Assembly (NCBI GenBank): GCA_964016885.1 | Contig: OZ024743.1 | Coordinates: 62,310,001-62,374,000 of the forward strand | Source of the DNA: Eledone cirrhosa | Taxonomy: Eukaryota | Length of the DNA: 64,000 nt | Reading direction: 5' to 3' | Shown here: positions 24,826 to 39,239 of the stretch, in pieces | Layout of the letters: every line of letters starts with the position of its first letter | Numbering within the stretch: position 1 is the stretch's first letter | The notes under the pieces: model-generated | What the model saw: only the letters and a program-made list of their open reading frames with translations | Told to the model about the DNA's origin: nothing | Database searches by the model: none | Program-made: the position numbers and the translations under genes

Positions 24826-25890
24826 CAAGGTGTGTCAGAAAAGTAACAGGACTAACTATGCTGTGTGATTTAGGAGTGAGATATGGATTAGGGGGTTGCG
24901 TTACCCTGTGACGAATATACGGGGAGTATATGGCTGCGATCTCAGCTCTCTGCAGCCATTGTACATTTTTTCATGTGTTTTCGTTAACAGTTCCTCAATT
25001 GTGGGCCGCCAAGCGAATTGCACAGGCCTGAGGCTTCTGGTCCGGCCAGGGAAAACTATCAGAAGCACTCGGAATATTGCAGCAAGTGTATGGTAATGAG
25101 ACGATGTCACGCTCATGTGTTTTTTTCGAGAGGCTAAAAAGGTTCGAAGAGGGACGCGAGGACGTGAAAGATGACCCCAGGAGTGGAAGGCCTTCAACGA
25201 GCAGGACTGAGGCCAACGTTGAGCGTGTGAGGCAAGTGGAGCGTGGCGATCATCGGCTAACTGTTCGACTGGTTGCAAGTGAACTAGGCATGAACTGCGA
25301 CAGTGTTTGGAAGGTTACAACCGAAGATTTGGGCATGCGGAAGATCTCAAAGATGGTACTGAAGCTGCTGAAAGATTACCAGAAGGAGCGGCACATGCAG
25401 GTGTGACAAGACATTTTCGAGCGTCTTGAACTGAACCAGATTTGCTAGGGTAAGTCACTGGTGTCGAGTACGTGCCGAAGACCCAGCGCCAGAGCCTTCA
25501 GTGGATGAGTTCGGAGTCGCCGAGGCCGAAGAAAGCAAGACAAACTCACTATTCATCGCGTTCTTTGATGTGAGGGGTATCGTCCACATAAAGTTCTTGC
25601 CACAGGGCCAGACGATCAATTAGCATGTCTATAAAGAGATCCTACGGTGTTTGCTTCGTTCAGTGTGCGAGAAGAGTCAGGACAATTCGTGGCTGCTTCT
25701 CCACTACAACGCACCGGCTCACAACGCCCTGAGCTTCCGGCAGTTCCTGGCTGAGAAGAACATCACCGTGTTGGAGCAACCTCCCTGCTCACCCGACCTG
25801 GTTCCGTGTGACTTTTGCCATTTCGACAAGCTCAAGAGGCTCATCAAGCGACCCGTTTTCCGGGCGTGGAAGTCATCAAGAGAGCCGTCA
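24826..25890 (+). pseudogene. Decayed mariner (Tc1/mariner) transposon, frameshifted transposase
   Basis: TA-CAAGGTGTGTCAGAAAAGT left end. Fragments VYGNETMSR..RF.EGREDVKDDPRSGRPSTS, MVLKLL (WVPxxL-like) and WLLLHYNAPAH...PPCSPDLVPCDF (YSPDLAPxD-like). No right TIR seen. Confidence 0.92.
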
Positions 25891-26649
25891 CAACAGCTTT
25901 CAATATATGTTGGCAAGAAATAATTATTGTGAAGGTGCGTGGTCTAGTGGTTAGGGTGTTCAATTCACGATCGTGAATTTGATTCCTGTCGGCGCCCTGC
26001 GTCCTTAAGAAAAACATTTATTTCACGTTTCTCCTGTCTACTCAGCTGGAAAAAATGAGTTGTATCTGTAATTCATAGGGCCATTGTCACATACTGTGTT
26101 GCACTAAAGCTCCCTGAGAATTACGCTAAGGTTACACGTGCCTATGAAATGCTCAGCCACTTCACATTAATTTCACGAGTAGGTTCTTCCATTGATCAAT
26201 CAACTAGAACACACGTCGTCGGAACCGACGGAGGTCCATTGCACACACACAAGGGTCGGACGCCATGCTTTGACGCATAGAGTTACGGCCCTTGCCATTC
26301 TGAGTTCAATTCCCGCTGAGGTTAACTTTACCTTTCATCCTTACGGGGTCGATAACATAAAGTACCAGTAATGCATTCGGTAATTGATGGCCTTGTGCCA
26401 AAATTAGAAACAATTATTTGTTTTATGACGTGAGTGGAATATTATACTCCAGCAAGCACATCTGCTGCGGCTGTAGGTGTCTAGAGAAAAGATGATAATA
26501 AATGTTACCTTTGTTCGTAAAAGATGAGTCTGTTTGAGAGGTCAATGGGATGAAAGGGACAACAATAGACAAAGATCCATTTATGATATCAATATACATC
26601 TTCAGATGTATGAGTCGTGACATAGAATTCCATTTCTTTCCTAATCACT

Positions 26650-27145
26650 CCACAGAAATATGACAGTCCTTTCATTACAAAATCTTCATAGAACAGCTGA
26701 AATTATCACATCATCTCGTTGATCACTTTACAGTTGCTAACATCGCTTAACTCTTGTCAATACACAGTTACATCACAAGAGCCTTAACGAGGCAGCTCAG
26801 ATCGTCACATCGTCTTTTTGGTCATTTTACAGTTGCTAACACAGCTCAACTCATGTCAATAGACAGTAACATATCAGAACCTTCACAGAGCGGCTCAGAG
26901 CGTTACATAGCTGCTCAAAGTATCACAGACCGGCTCAAAGCATCACATCAACTCGTTGAGCTCTCACAGTTGTTAAGATAGCTTAACGTTTATCAATAGA
27001 CAGAAACATCACAAGCGACTTCACAGAGCGGCTCTGAACGTCACAGGGTGGTTCTGAGCGTAATAGAGATACTCAGAGTGACTCAAACGTTACATCATCT
27101 CCCTAATCACACGCATTTACTGACATAACTTAACTCTTGTCAATA
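26650..27145 (+). repeat. Degenerate tandem array (unit containing CAGTTGCTAACA..GCTTAACTCTTGTCAATAGACAG..ACATCACA..CACAGAGCGGCTCAGA)
   Basis: About four recurrences at ~26730, 26830, 26967 and 27125. Confidence 0.7.
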
Positions 27146-27294
27146 TTTAGACGTCTACGTCTACTACTCAAGATTGAGGGAGTAGGGGACAGTATCTTGC
27201 TTGCTATTGTAAATGTCACCCATATATTATGTTGATGGCAGTAGTGTGGGTACTAGTTAGAGGATAGCTTTATGTGTACAGTAAAGGAAAACGC

Positions 27295-27394
<100 letters not shown>

Positions 27395-28059
27395 ATCTGT
27401 TTGTTTGGTTTGTTTGGTTTGTTTGGTTTGTTCTGGAGAAAGGGGATGTGCCTATGGCCCTCACAGGGCCTCTGAGACAGGTGAGATTGATACCCTTAAC
27501 ACTTCAATTGAGAATTTGCAAGGAAAATTATGTATATGGGGAAATTCTGGGGGATTAGTGACCGACGTTCTGAGGAAAGAGAACTGGACGTAATCATTTA
27601 CTTTAATCAACCATAGTATTAGAATGATTACAAATATATGTTCTAATTGTCAGTTATTTTACTCTCAACAGTCGTAGTTTCTGTTCTAAAATACACTCTC
27701 CATCAATTACAGGTAGGGCCCATCTTATATTATAGTTTACATGGCCGAGTATTCCACAGTCGAGTGTACCATTAACATAACCCCCAGGCAGAATCAGTGT
27801 GGTATGGTTGATCTTTTACAATACAGATGCAATTCATCTTGTATTATAGAGTAATTTACTGAGTATTCTACAGACACGTGTACCATTAACGAATTCCCTA
27901 AGCGAAATCAGTATAACATAATGTGTGTGTGTGAGAGAGAGAGAGAGGCACGGTTAACCCTTTGAAGTACAAATACAGTCCATCTTGTATTATAGCACAA
28001 ATAGTTGAGTATTCCGCAGACAATACATATATTATTTATGGAATATATCATGTAAATAC

Positions 28060-28258
28060 AGTTTAATAGAAAAAGTTTAGATTGAGAAGAAAGAATGGAA
28101 TGTAAAATAGGAAAATATAAAGAAAAAAAAACGAAAAAGGGAAGAAATGGCAAGGGCACTAGTGTCACAGAAAAATGGTGGGGGAGGGGGAGTGGATTCT
28201 GGGCCTAGGGCGCGGCGGTAATGGGGCTGCGCCTCGCGGACAAGACAGCGAAAGCATT
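28060..28258 (+). repeat. Unclassified ~200-bp interspersed repeat; inverted copy at ~30565-30790 inserted into a family B SINE
   Basis: GGCAAGGGCACTAGTGTCACAG...GGGCCTAGGGC...GTAATGGGGCT occurs reverse-complemented at 30600-30700. Confidence 0.7.
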
Positions 28259-29067
28259 CCCACAGACAATTGTATAGTTAATTTACTCCTTATTCAGAAT
28301 CAGTAGGACATGTGTTCTTGGCCTTTCAGTTAACTGGTCTCACTTTAGATTCTAGAAAAATGTTTACCACCATATCATAGTTTATTTATGTGTAGGCTAT
28401 TGTCCTATCCCGGAGAATAAATATATTTTACTCACTTTATGGGTCAGAGACAAGGTTTAAGTGCTGATTGGGTTAGTATTAACTTCATCGATCATTTATT
28501 TGTAAAGAAAGCTTAAAGAACTAGAAGCTAAATTTGATAATAGAAGGAAATAATTTATCAGTAAATAAATAGATTGATAAAAGAATAAAAGAGAAATTTG
28601 TCATCATCATCATTATCATCAACAACAACAAAAACAGCAGAATGTAACACGTTAGGGAGATTTTCTTACACTTAACTGTCGTTAGAGATAAACCTAAGCG
28701 GTGGGAGTTACCATGTGACCTACAAAAGCTTTACAAATACACTATATCATCGAGGTTGGGCGAGGTTATATGTTTGGTGGATTGACAAATGGCACCCATC
28801 CAAATTATAGAATATTACCTGGAGACGTAGTTATTGTGACTGTTGTAAAGTGCCGAGAGTCTTAAGAGGCTTTGTCTTCTCTTTTACCTGTTATATATAT
28901 ATATATATACACACATGCAGAGAGAGGGTGTGTGTGTGTGGTGCTAAGACCGGGGAGACCACTAATCATGGGAGTACTCAATGTATGGGGAGATGCAGAG
29001 TGGGTATAGAGATAAACCGCTTGGCGCGCTGCGGTCAGGATATTACATCTCTCTTTCTCTCTCTCTT

Positions 29068-29100
<33 letters not shown>

Positions 29101-31500
29101 AACCGTTTCATCGATTGAATAGAAAGTTGTTCAACTCATTCAACCATCGAAACTGTTTAAGCTTGATTGTGGTGTTTACACGTATTAAATATCTTCACAC
29201 GAATTTCTTTAAATATGGAATACTAACCTGAAGAGTGACCTTTCTAGTCTTTAATTGGTAACATATTATCCACACACATGTGCGCGCGCACACTCACACG
29301 TGTTGTGAGAGGTATCTGAATCGATGATAAATCTACATAATTGTTTCTACTTTTGACACAAGGCCAGTAATTATTCCAGCACATTACTGGTACTTTATTC
29401 TATCGACTCCGTAAGGATGAAAGGCAAAGCTAACCCTGGCGGGATTTGAACTCAGACCGTAAAGGGCCGTAACTCTATGCTGCAAAGCATGGCGTCCAAC
29501 TCTCTACTGACACTGCCAATACATAATTGTTTCTATTTTTGGCAAAAGGCCAGCAATTATATGGGGTCGATAAAATAAAATACCAGTAATACACTGGTAT
29601 TACTGGTATTTTATTTTATCGACCCCGTAAGGATGAAAGGCAAAGTTAACCACGGCGGGATTTGAACTCAAGGAACATAATGTAATCTAAAGTTGATGTG
29701 GTGGTATATTGTTGTAAAGGGAACTAGTAAGGTGAAACCACGACCGGCGCCATTCTTCCATATAAAATGATTTCACCTTACAGTTTGACAAGCTGATAAA
29801 CATAACACAAAGAAAATAACTAAGCCTGCATTTTCCACTATACAATCTACTCTCACCCAGGTCAAATTATGTGATCAGTGAGCACTATACGACGCTGCTC
29901 ACGGCAAAGATACTTAAGTTAATCATACAAATTTGTAAAAAACAAAATAATAATAAATAAATAAATAAAAATATCGATTTTTTTTTTTCTAATAGGGTTC
30001 AATAATGCACCTAGTTAGCCTTAATAGTAGCGCCGGGTTTGATTGGGATATTATTGTGACATTCTTTGTTGAGGTGAGGCATTATTGTGACAGGGACATT
30101 GAGACACTTGTCCTTAGTTACCTCTGCTGAGACAAGAAAACCATGAATTCAAGGCCAAACCAACACCTGATTTTAAAAGGAAGCATTTCTGTGGCAAAGT
30201 TGTCAGGATGTGACGGATCACTGTTGGCTTAAAGTTTAAAGTTAGACAGATTGTCAGGTTGTTATCGTCGTTGTTGCTTTGACTCGAAACAACCTTGATT
30301 GAGCAGGTCTACGATCAAAAGCATTCCAGTCGTGACTAAGTTTATATTATCTAAAATGTTCTTACAGTTATTTTAAGATGGTAGAGCGTAAGGTAGAGTT
30401 AACTGTTACTATTACAAGGTCGATCTATCACATACTTGTTCATCGTCAGCTCAGCATGATGTCATAGCATCAAAATATCAAATATACAATATGCGTTTGA
30501 CCTCCGTCGGTTTCGATGAGGAGTGTTCTAGCTGTTTGATCAAAAGAACAGCTTACTCTTGAGGTGGAATGGCTGTTGCAGCGGCTGTCGCTTTACATTG
30601 TCCGTGGGGCGTAGCCCCATTACCATCGAGCCCTAGGCCCAGAGCCCAATCATCCTCCTCCTCCTCCCAATTCTATGTGACACTAGCCCTTGCCATTCCC
30701 TCCCTTTTCGGTTTTTTTTTCTCTTTATATTTCCAATTTTACATTCCATTCTTCTCGATCTAAATTTTCTTTTTTTCTGTTTCTATTAAACTCGTGAAAT
30801 TAACGTGAAGTAGCTGAGCGTGACACGGTGTGTGACTTACAAGTTCAGCTCATTTTTTCCCGCTAAGTGAACTGGAACAACATGAAATAAAGTGTCTTAC
30901 TCGAGGATAAAACGTGCAGTTGGGAAACGAACTCACGACATTAGGATAATGAGTCGAACACCCCTAATAACTATGCCACGCGGCTTCACATGTAGCACAT
31001 AAAATTAAATAAGTAAAAACAATCCAGTAGAAGTTATCAGCATAAATACTGCCAAAGTGATTGCTTTATCATTTGAAAGACTGAAGATAATGGGGCCTTG
31101 AACACAGACTGGAGATTTTGAACCTAGTGGAGCCCATCTTTCTCCAGGCCTAAACACAGCTGATTTCATCTATAGTAAAGGAGTGGGAGAGAAAGAGAAA
31201 GTGATAATCCTAGTATTGGACTGATACTTTATTTATCGACCTCGGAAGGATGAAAGGCAGAGGTATCCTACCATGGCGAAATTTAAACTCAGAGTGCAAG
31301 GAGCTGGAATATGTACCCTCACCCCACCCATCCTATCCGTCTCTTTGACAATTCCGCCAATCCACTGCTGTACCTTTGATTAGTATTTCTTTTTATCGAC
31401 TTCGAAAGAGTGAAAGGCAAAGTTGACCTACCTCGGTGGAATTTGAACGCAGAACGCTGAGAGCCGGAACTAATACCGCCAAGCTTTGCATCTGACATTC

Positions 31501-31818
31501 TACTCTTGGGTCTCGAATAATCGTCCCTTCCTCCACTTATAAATTGCTTAGACTCTCCGCCTCTCCCCGCTGTTTAAATTTTGCTTAGCTATCTCCGCCG
31601 AAATTTTATTTTAATTAGTAGTATTCCTGCGACAATTAAATTTCTTTAAACATTAAAAATAAATGTACTTTACTAGAAATCCCATATATTATAAAATAAA
31701 TAGGAGGGATCTCAAAAACATCAACAGAGACAACCTAGAAAAATTACCGATTTTCCATCCCCACCCCCACCCCCACCCGTTTGTTCCACCCCACCCTGTT
31801 ATTTGGGACCCGAAAGTA
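31501..31818. mobile_element. ~320-bp non-autonomous DNA transposon (MITE)
   Basis: TIRs TACTCTTGGGTCTCGAATAA / TTATTTGGGACCCGAAAGTA. Relatives at ~13670-13975, 43530-43864 and 53107-53395. Confidence 0.7.
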
Positions 31819-33104
31819 ATCATTGTATCAATTCGACAACGGAGACAACCAGTTAGTGTGAAATAACTCCTAGGTGGGGGTTAATAACAACGGCACACCT
31901 GCGAAAATATAATTGAACTGCTCATTGAAACTTTCCCAATGCTCTATTCTCTTTTATTCTCACACCGAGACAACACCTGGAAGTTCCGGCCTATTTTAGA
32001 AACTATTTAGAGTGCAGTCGGCTGAGATAGGAGAACAACACTTCACCTCTCCGTCACTTATCGTGCTATTCTATATTTTTACTGGTCATGTTGGGGGCAC
32101 CCCTTGATTTAATCGATCAAATCGACCTCAGTACTTATTTTATCAATCTCTTTTTTTTTTTTTACTGAACCGTTAACTTACAAAACATAAACAGACACGC
32201 ACACACACTCACGCGCACACACATACATACACATACGTACACACAAACACGCACGTGTGTATATATATATATATATATATATAAAATATTAAAAAAATAA
32301 TGAATAAAACAATGAAACAGTTCCTTATATTAAACAAAAAAAGTTCATTATTTAACGATCGTTTCTAGGACATATATGTGTTAGAATTGGCATGCATATT
32401 CAAAAGATCTATGTACAAAATTATACAAACTATCAAAGAGAATATACATACCAACACATATATATGCTGTCTTCAGAAATAATGAAGTATATTTATTGAT
32501 AATAACAACAATTCAAAATTACAGGTCTGTTTGGGAACAGATTTTAAATAGACCAATGAAATACATAATAAAAATTCATCAAGAAAATGCAGTTAGGTGT
32601 GTGTATATATGCAAGTAACTTCGTTCACAGATATGCATAAAAATGTATGTTCACATGCATACGCATGTCGAAAAAGTGTATGTAAATATAAAAATTCAGG
32701 GCTAATGTCTCTGTATGTTTATAATCCACAGACAAAATATACATACACATACATACATATATACATACATATATACACACATATACATACATTCATACAC
32801 ACACACGCATATATACATAAACACACACATACCCACGAACACACACACACATATATACACACACACACACACACACATACGTATATATTATTATTATAAC
32901 TATATGGATATTGAGGCGCACACATAAACACGGCCACATACACTTACATCTAGATGCAGAATTAAAAGTAGGTAAGGGAGTAAGTAATTAAGGAGGGTGT
33001 CAGACTCAGCATATTTATAAAAATGTATCTATAAATTTAGAAATAAAAAGAAATATAATAAAAGAAATAAACAAGTAAAACATATACTCATACATATAAA
33101 TACA

Positions 33105-33248
<144 letters not shown>

Positions 33249-33572
33249 CACATACACACACATATATATATACACACATACTCACAACACACATATATAC
33301 ATATATGTACACACACATACACACATACATACACATACATATATATATATACATATATATACATATATATATACACACATATATATATACACACATATAT
33401 ACACACACACACATACATATACGTATATATACATACACACACATACCCATGTATATATACACACAACCACACACTCACACACACTCAGACATACATAAAT
33501 ATAGAGACATACATACATATATATATATATATACATATATATATACATATATATATATATACACATATATGC

Positions 33573-33610
<38 letters not shown>

Positions 33611-33701
33611 AATAAATACACAGTCAGACAATTATGCACATATATACACATACATACACACATCTCTACAAATACATATACATACACATACATACATACA
33701 C

Positions 33702-33779
<78 letters not shown>

Positions 33780-34039
33780 TACACTCATACACACTTATTT
33801 ACATGCGCACATATGTATTTTTATACTCACATACAAACACACAAACATACATACATACTTACATACACATACATACATCCACGCTTACAAATACGAATAA
33901 TTATAGGGGGGGGGAAAGGGGGATTAAAATTATTAGTGGGAAATAGTAAATATAGGTTTCAAGGAACATAGAATATTAATCTGCATTTAAATCATAATAT
34001 GTGTTTACATAGTAGTGTCAGTATTAGGAAATGTAAGAA

Positions 34040-34965
34040 AGAAGGCTAAATTATGCATTTTAATATAAGTAGACTATTAATTATAGGTTAATTAAAGTAA
34101 AAATAGTTAATATATTAATTTCTAAGGTGTATACTACTTAGGTTTATAATATTTAAAGCGGAATTTTGAAGTTAAACAGTAGTAGAGTATTAATTATAGC
34201 ATAACTAAATTAAAAATATTAACATGATGGTATCAATTTTAGGAAATGAATTTTGTAATAGGGAAAGCCAAATCAAGTATTTCATCGGTAGTAGAATATT
34301 AATTATAGGTTAACTAAATTAAAAATTATATATTAATTTCTATAGTATATGTTAATTAGGTTTATAATAATTAAAGCAAATTTTGTATTTTATCTATAGT
34401 AGAATATAATTATAGGTTAACTAAAATTAAAATTAATCTATATATTTATTTGTAAAGAATATATTAATTAGGTATATATTTAAAAGTTTTTCTCAGTTTA
34501 TGATTACATGATATTCTGCAATCCATCTGTATTAGAATTTTAATTTTAAGCTAACTAAATTAAAATTATAGGTTAACTAAATTAAAATTAATTTATAAAT
34601 TAATTTCTAAATTGTACATTAATTAGGTTTATAATATTAAAAAGTATTTCTCTGTTATTGATTACACGATATTTTGTTATATTTCATCTGTAAAGGAATT
34701 TTAATAAAAGGTTAAATAAACTAAAATTAATCTATAAATTAATTTCCAAAGTATATATTAATTATGTTAATAATATTTAAAAGTTTTTCACAGTTTATGA
34801 TTAAACAATATTTTTTAAAAATTTCATCTGTAGTAGAATTTTAATTAAATTAAAATTATAGGTTAACTACATTTAAATTAATTTATATATTAATTTCTAA
34901 AATATATATTATTAATTAGATTTATAATATTTAAATGTTTTTCTCAGTTTATGATTACACGATAT
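34040..34965 (-). repeat. Degenerate ~110-155-bp tandem array in the PLE 3' region
   Basis: Recurrent AATTATAGGTTAACTAAATTAAAA and TTTTCTCAGTTTATGATTACACGATAT, the latter at ~34487, 34646, 34783 and 34938. Confidence 0.8.
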
Positions 34966-36790
34966 AATTAATTCCTGTCGCTTATTTAATAGGATATCCT
35001 TAGATTTCATTATTTCAAATAGTTCTTGGGAACACAATCTACATTCATTTCTATTATTTTGATAAGGGGTGGCTCTTTTGAGCACACTCTAGGTCATATC
35101 ATATTCTATATTCTTATTTCTATAACTATTAATTTTTTCTGCTAGAGATGTTGTATTAGCCAGTGCGGCATTTTTAAAATTATGTTTGTGGGTATTAAAC
35201 CTTACCTTAAAATTGTTAGAAGTAGCTCCTATATATGAGCAAATAGAATCTTTAGTTTTAACTTTACATTTATAAACTATGTTGTTAACAAGACAATTTC
35301 CTTTTAATGGGCAGTTTGCTTTGTTTCTACAGTTACAACCTTTCGTTAATTCTGTATTTGAGGAGATATTATGGTTAGTTTGATGTATTGGTGGTATACT
35401 TATGGGTTTTTTACATTTATATGCATTATAGGCACTTATATTTTGTTTTATGTTTTTGGTTGTTGAGTATGAGAATTTAACTGTTGATCTATTTAAGATT
35501 TGATGGTATTTGTGGTTTGGCGGGAAGTTTTTCTCTAGGATATTTAAAAAATTTTTAGCAATATTATCCTTAATTTGTAAATTAAATGGAGCATTATACC
35601 AAGTAACTCGTCTATTACGGTTTCTATGTTGTTTATTGTTTTTATAGGATGCATCGTGATGTTTACTAGGAGGATTAATGTTAATGACCTCACCACGCAC
35701 ATTTTTAGTTAGATTTATTGATTTAGGTGTTTTAGCTTGTTTATTAGGAGTTTTATTATTAACATTTATTAGAGTTGTATGATGAGTAGTTTTTTGAGAG
35801 TTACTATACTTTATATTAGAGGAGTTAGAGAAATTTGGTTTTATGTTGGTATTTTGGGGTATAGTGTGAGTGGCATTTAGGTGTGTACTTTTCATTTGGT
35901 GTTTGTTGGTAATATTAGGTTGTATGTTTATAGTGTTATTAGTAGAAGGTATATATTCCAATCTATTTTTGTGGCCACTTCTATCTAGAGCTTCGTTATA
36001 GAAGGTCGCATTTTTATCAAATACATCTTGGTTAGACGAAAGGTTAGAAATTCTAAGTGATATATTATATGCAAGGTTTTTAAGGATAGATTTAGGGGGA
36101 TTAGATTGTGAGTGTATGTAGTGTAAGTTTTGGTTGGGTTTATGGTAAGGTTGGTAGATACCCGTAGCTAAGTCTAAAGTTATATCTAGGAAATTAACTA
36201 CTTTACTTGTGTTTTCAAAAGTAATATGAAGACTATAATAGTCTTTAAGGAAAGTTCTAATAAGCTTTTTGTTTTTTTCTATTTCTGAGAGGCTAAGGTT
36301 GTTGGAAAGAAGAAGACATTCATCACGATATAAACCACCTTTAAGGTGGGGAAAGGAAGCATTTATGTTAAAAAGAAGAAAGAGGCCCACAAGATCAGTA
36401 ATTTGGGCAGAATCGCTTGAACCCATAGTAATATCAAATAGATTACTATATGTGTTTCTGGTCCAGTATTCATTCTGAAATTCAATAAGTGTTAGTCTAG
36501 CATGTGTAATAATATTAATGTCATCCAAAGTTAAGTTAGATCTATTTTTAGCAAATATCAAAGCTTTGTTCAGGAGTATAGGTGATATAGAAGAATAGTA
36601 ATTATCTATATCAAATTGTAGAAATGAAGCAGAAGATTTACATCTAATATTTTTAAACCAGTTAATTACCTGGGAAGTGTTTTCCCAGAGTGGTAAATTA
36701 ACATGTTTTCTTATTTGTGGGATGACTCTATCCAAAATTTTTTTGCTAATTATTCCAATATCAGATTTGGAGGGACATATAAGTCTTATA
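34912..36790 (-). pseudogene. 5'-truncated PLE reverse transcriptase + GIY-YIG endonuclease ORF with a nonsense codon
   Basis: Motifs RLICPSKSDIGIISK, FLQFDIDNYYSSI, MGSSDSAQITDL, LYRDEC (YxDD altered), VNFLDITLDL, CNCRNKANCPLKGNC and IVYKC...YIGAT. TAG at 35089-35091 sits where a Trp would be expected; the frame continues SVLKRATPY..CRLCSQE..LLNKRQE..CNHK to TAA at 34912. Confidence 0.92.
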
Positions 36791-37173
36791 AGTCTTATAT
36801 TCCGCTTTAAATATTATAAACCTAAGTAGTATACACCTTAGAAATTAATATATTAACTATTTTTACTTTAATTAACCTATAATTAATAGTCTACTTATAT
36901 TAAAATGCATAATTTAGCCTTCTTTCTTACATTTCCTAATACTGACACTACTATGTAAACACATATTATGATTTAAATGTAGATTAATATTCTATGTTCC
37001 TTGAAACCTATATTTACTATTTCCCACTAATAATTTTAATCGCCCCCCCCTATAATTATTCGTATTTGTAAGCGTGGATGTATGTATGTGTATGTAAGTA
37101 TGTATGTATGTTTGTGTGTTTGTATGTGAGTATAAAAATACATATGTGCGCATGTAAATAAGTGTGTATGAGT

Positions 37174-37209
<36 letters not shown>

Positions 37210-37555
37210 GTGTATGTATGTATGTGTATGTATATGTATTTGTAGAGATGTGTGTATGTATGTGTATATATGTGCATAATTGTCTGACTGTGTGTATTTA
37301 TTTATTTTATATATATATATATATATATGTATATGTATATGTATATGTGTGTATATATATATATATGTGTATATATATATGTATATATATATATATGTGT
37401 GTATGTATGTCTGAGTGTGTGTGAGTGTGTGGTTGTGTGTATATATACATGGGTATGTGTGTGTATGTATATATACGTATATGTATGTGTGTGTGTGTAT
37501 ATATATGTGTGTATATATATGTGTGTATATATATATGTGTGTGTATGTGTATATG

Positions 37556-37725
<170 letters not shown>

Positions 37726-38338
37726 TGTATTTATATGTATGAGTATATGTTTTACTTGTTTATTTCTTTTATTATATTTCTTTTTATTTCTAAATTTATA
37801 GATACATTTTTATAAATATGCTGAGTCTGACACCCTCCTTAATTACTTACTCCCTTACCTACTTTTAATTCTGAATCTAGATGTAAGTGTATGTGGCCGT
37901 GTTTATGTGTGCGCCTAAATATCCATATAGTTATAATAATAATATATACGTATGTGTGTGTGTGTGTGTGTATATATGTGTGTGTGTGTTCGTGGGTATG
38001 TGTGTGTTTATGTATATATGCGTGTGTGTGTATGAATGTATGTATATGTGTGTATATGTGTGTATATATGTATGTATGTGTATGTATATTTTGTCTGTGG
38101 ATTATAAACATACAGAGACATTAGCCCTGAATTTTTATATTTACATACACTTTTTCGACATGCGTATGCATGTGAACATACATTTTTATGCATATCTGTG
38201 AACGAAGTTACTTGCATATATACACACACCTAACTGTATTTTCTTGATGAATTTTTATGTATTTCATTGGTCTATTTAAAATCTGTTCCCAAACAGACCT
38301 GTAATTTTGAATTGTTGTTATTATCAATAAATATACTT

Positions 38339-38478
38339 CATTATTTCTGAAGACAGCATATATATGTGTTGGTATGTATATTCTCTTTGATAGTTTGTAT
38401 AATTTTGTACATAGATCTTTTGAATATGCATGCCAATTCTAACACATATATGTCCTAGAAACGATCGTTAAATAATGA
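38339..38478 (+). ncRNA. Hammerhead ribozyme with ~105-nt extended stem II in the PLE arm (mirror copy on minus at ~32346-32485)
   Basis: CATTATTT-CTGAAGA (38347-38353), long hairpin CATATATATGTGTTGGTATGTATATTC/GAATATGCATGCCAATTCTAACACATATATG, GAAA (38458-38461), CGATCGTT, AAATAATG. Confidence 0.75.
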
Positions 38479-38659
38479 ACTTTTTTTGTTTAATATAAGG
38501 AACTGTCTCATTGTTTTATTCATTATTTTTTTAATATTTTATCTTGACTCTGTATTCCGTTTATCTTTCACCGAAAGTGATCTCTTCTTTCCATGATATC
38601 CGGATTACATTGAGTTCTTCATACGGATTGGACACTACCGTAAACTTTTGGTAGATTTA

Positions 38660-38717
<58 letters not shown>

Positions 38718-38772
38718 CACCCTCTCCTACCACCAGAAAAGGTATAAATACCACCATATTACTTGGACAGTC

Positions 38773-38823
38773 GGCTTCCTGATGATTTCTCCCGAATGAA
38801 ACAGTTCTAGTCCTGTAGAAGCC
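38773..38823 (+). ncRNA. Type I hammerhead ribozyme in a solo PLE fragment (38715-38835)
   Basis: Stem I GGCTTC/GAAGCC, core CTGATGA (38779-38785), stem II TTC/GAA, GAAA, stem III ACAG/CTGT. GUA cleavage triplet ends at 38817. Confidence 0.8.
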
Positions 38824-38886
38824 ATTTCTATATTATATATATATATATATATATAGAAGCCATTTCTATATACATATATATATATT

Positions 38887-39147
38887 TAGGTTTGAAGGTT
38901 CACACTGGACAATTCCGTATGGTCAATCTTAGTGTAATAATAGTACTCAACGTAATGCAGCTCAACCGTCTTCGTTTGTGTAGTTGGTGGTGCGAGTACG
39001 GAGTTAAATATTATAATAAAATAATAGGAGGCTGGACTTGTGTAAATCCTTGAAAGGTTTATTATACTATGATCATATATAAATGATCATAGTATAATAA
39101 ACCTTTCAAGGATTTACACAAGTCCAGCCTCCTGTTATTTTATTATA

Positions 39148-39150
<3 letters not shown>
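38887..39150. mobile_element. Palindrome (39009-39150) with left tail, in (TA)n; probably a PLE end truncated downstream of the ribozyme
   Basis: Arms of ~68 bp with one mismatch around an ATATAA spacer. AATAAA points outward in each arm. Confidence 0.6.
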
Positions 39151-39222
<72 letters not shown>

Positions 39223-39239
39223 ATTATTTAAAACATCTC

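Noticed and set aside
35089-35091. In-frame stop in the PLE ORF as possible selenocysteine recoding
   Set aside because: The codon is TAG, not TGA, and it lies at an expected Trp position, so it is best read as a TGG-to-TAG mutation.
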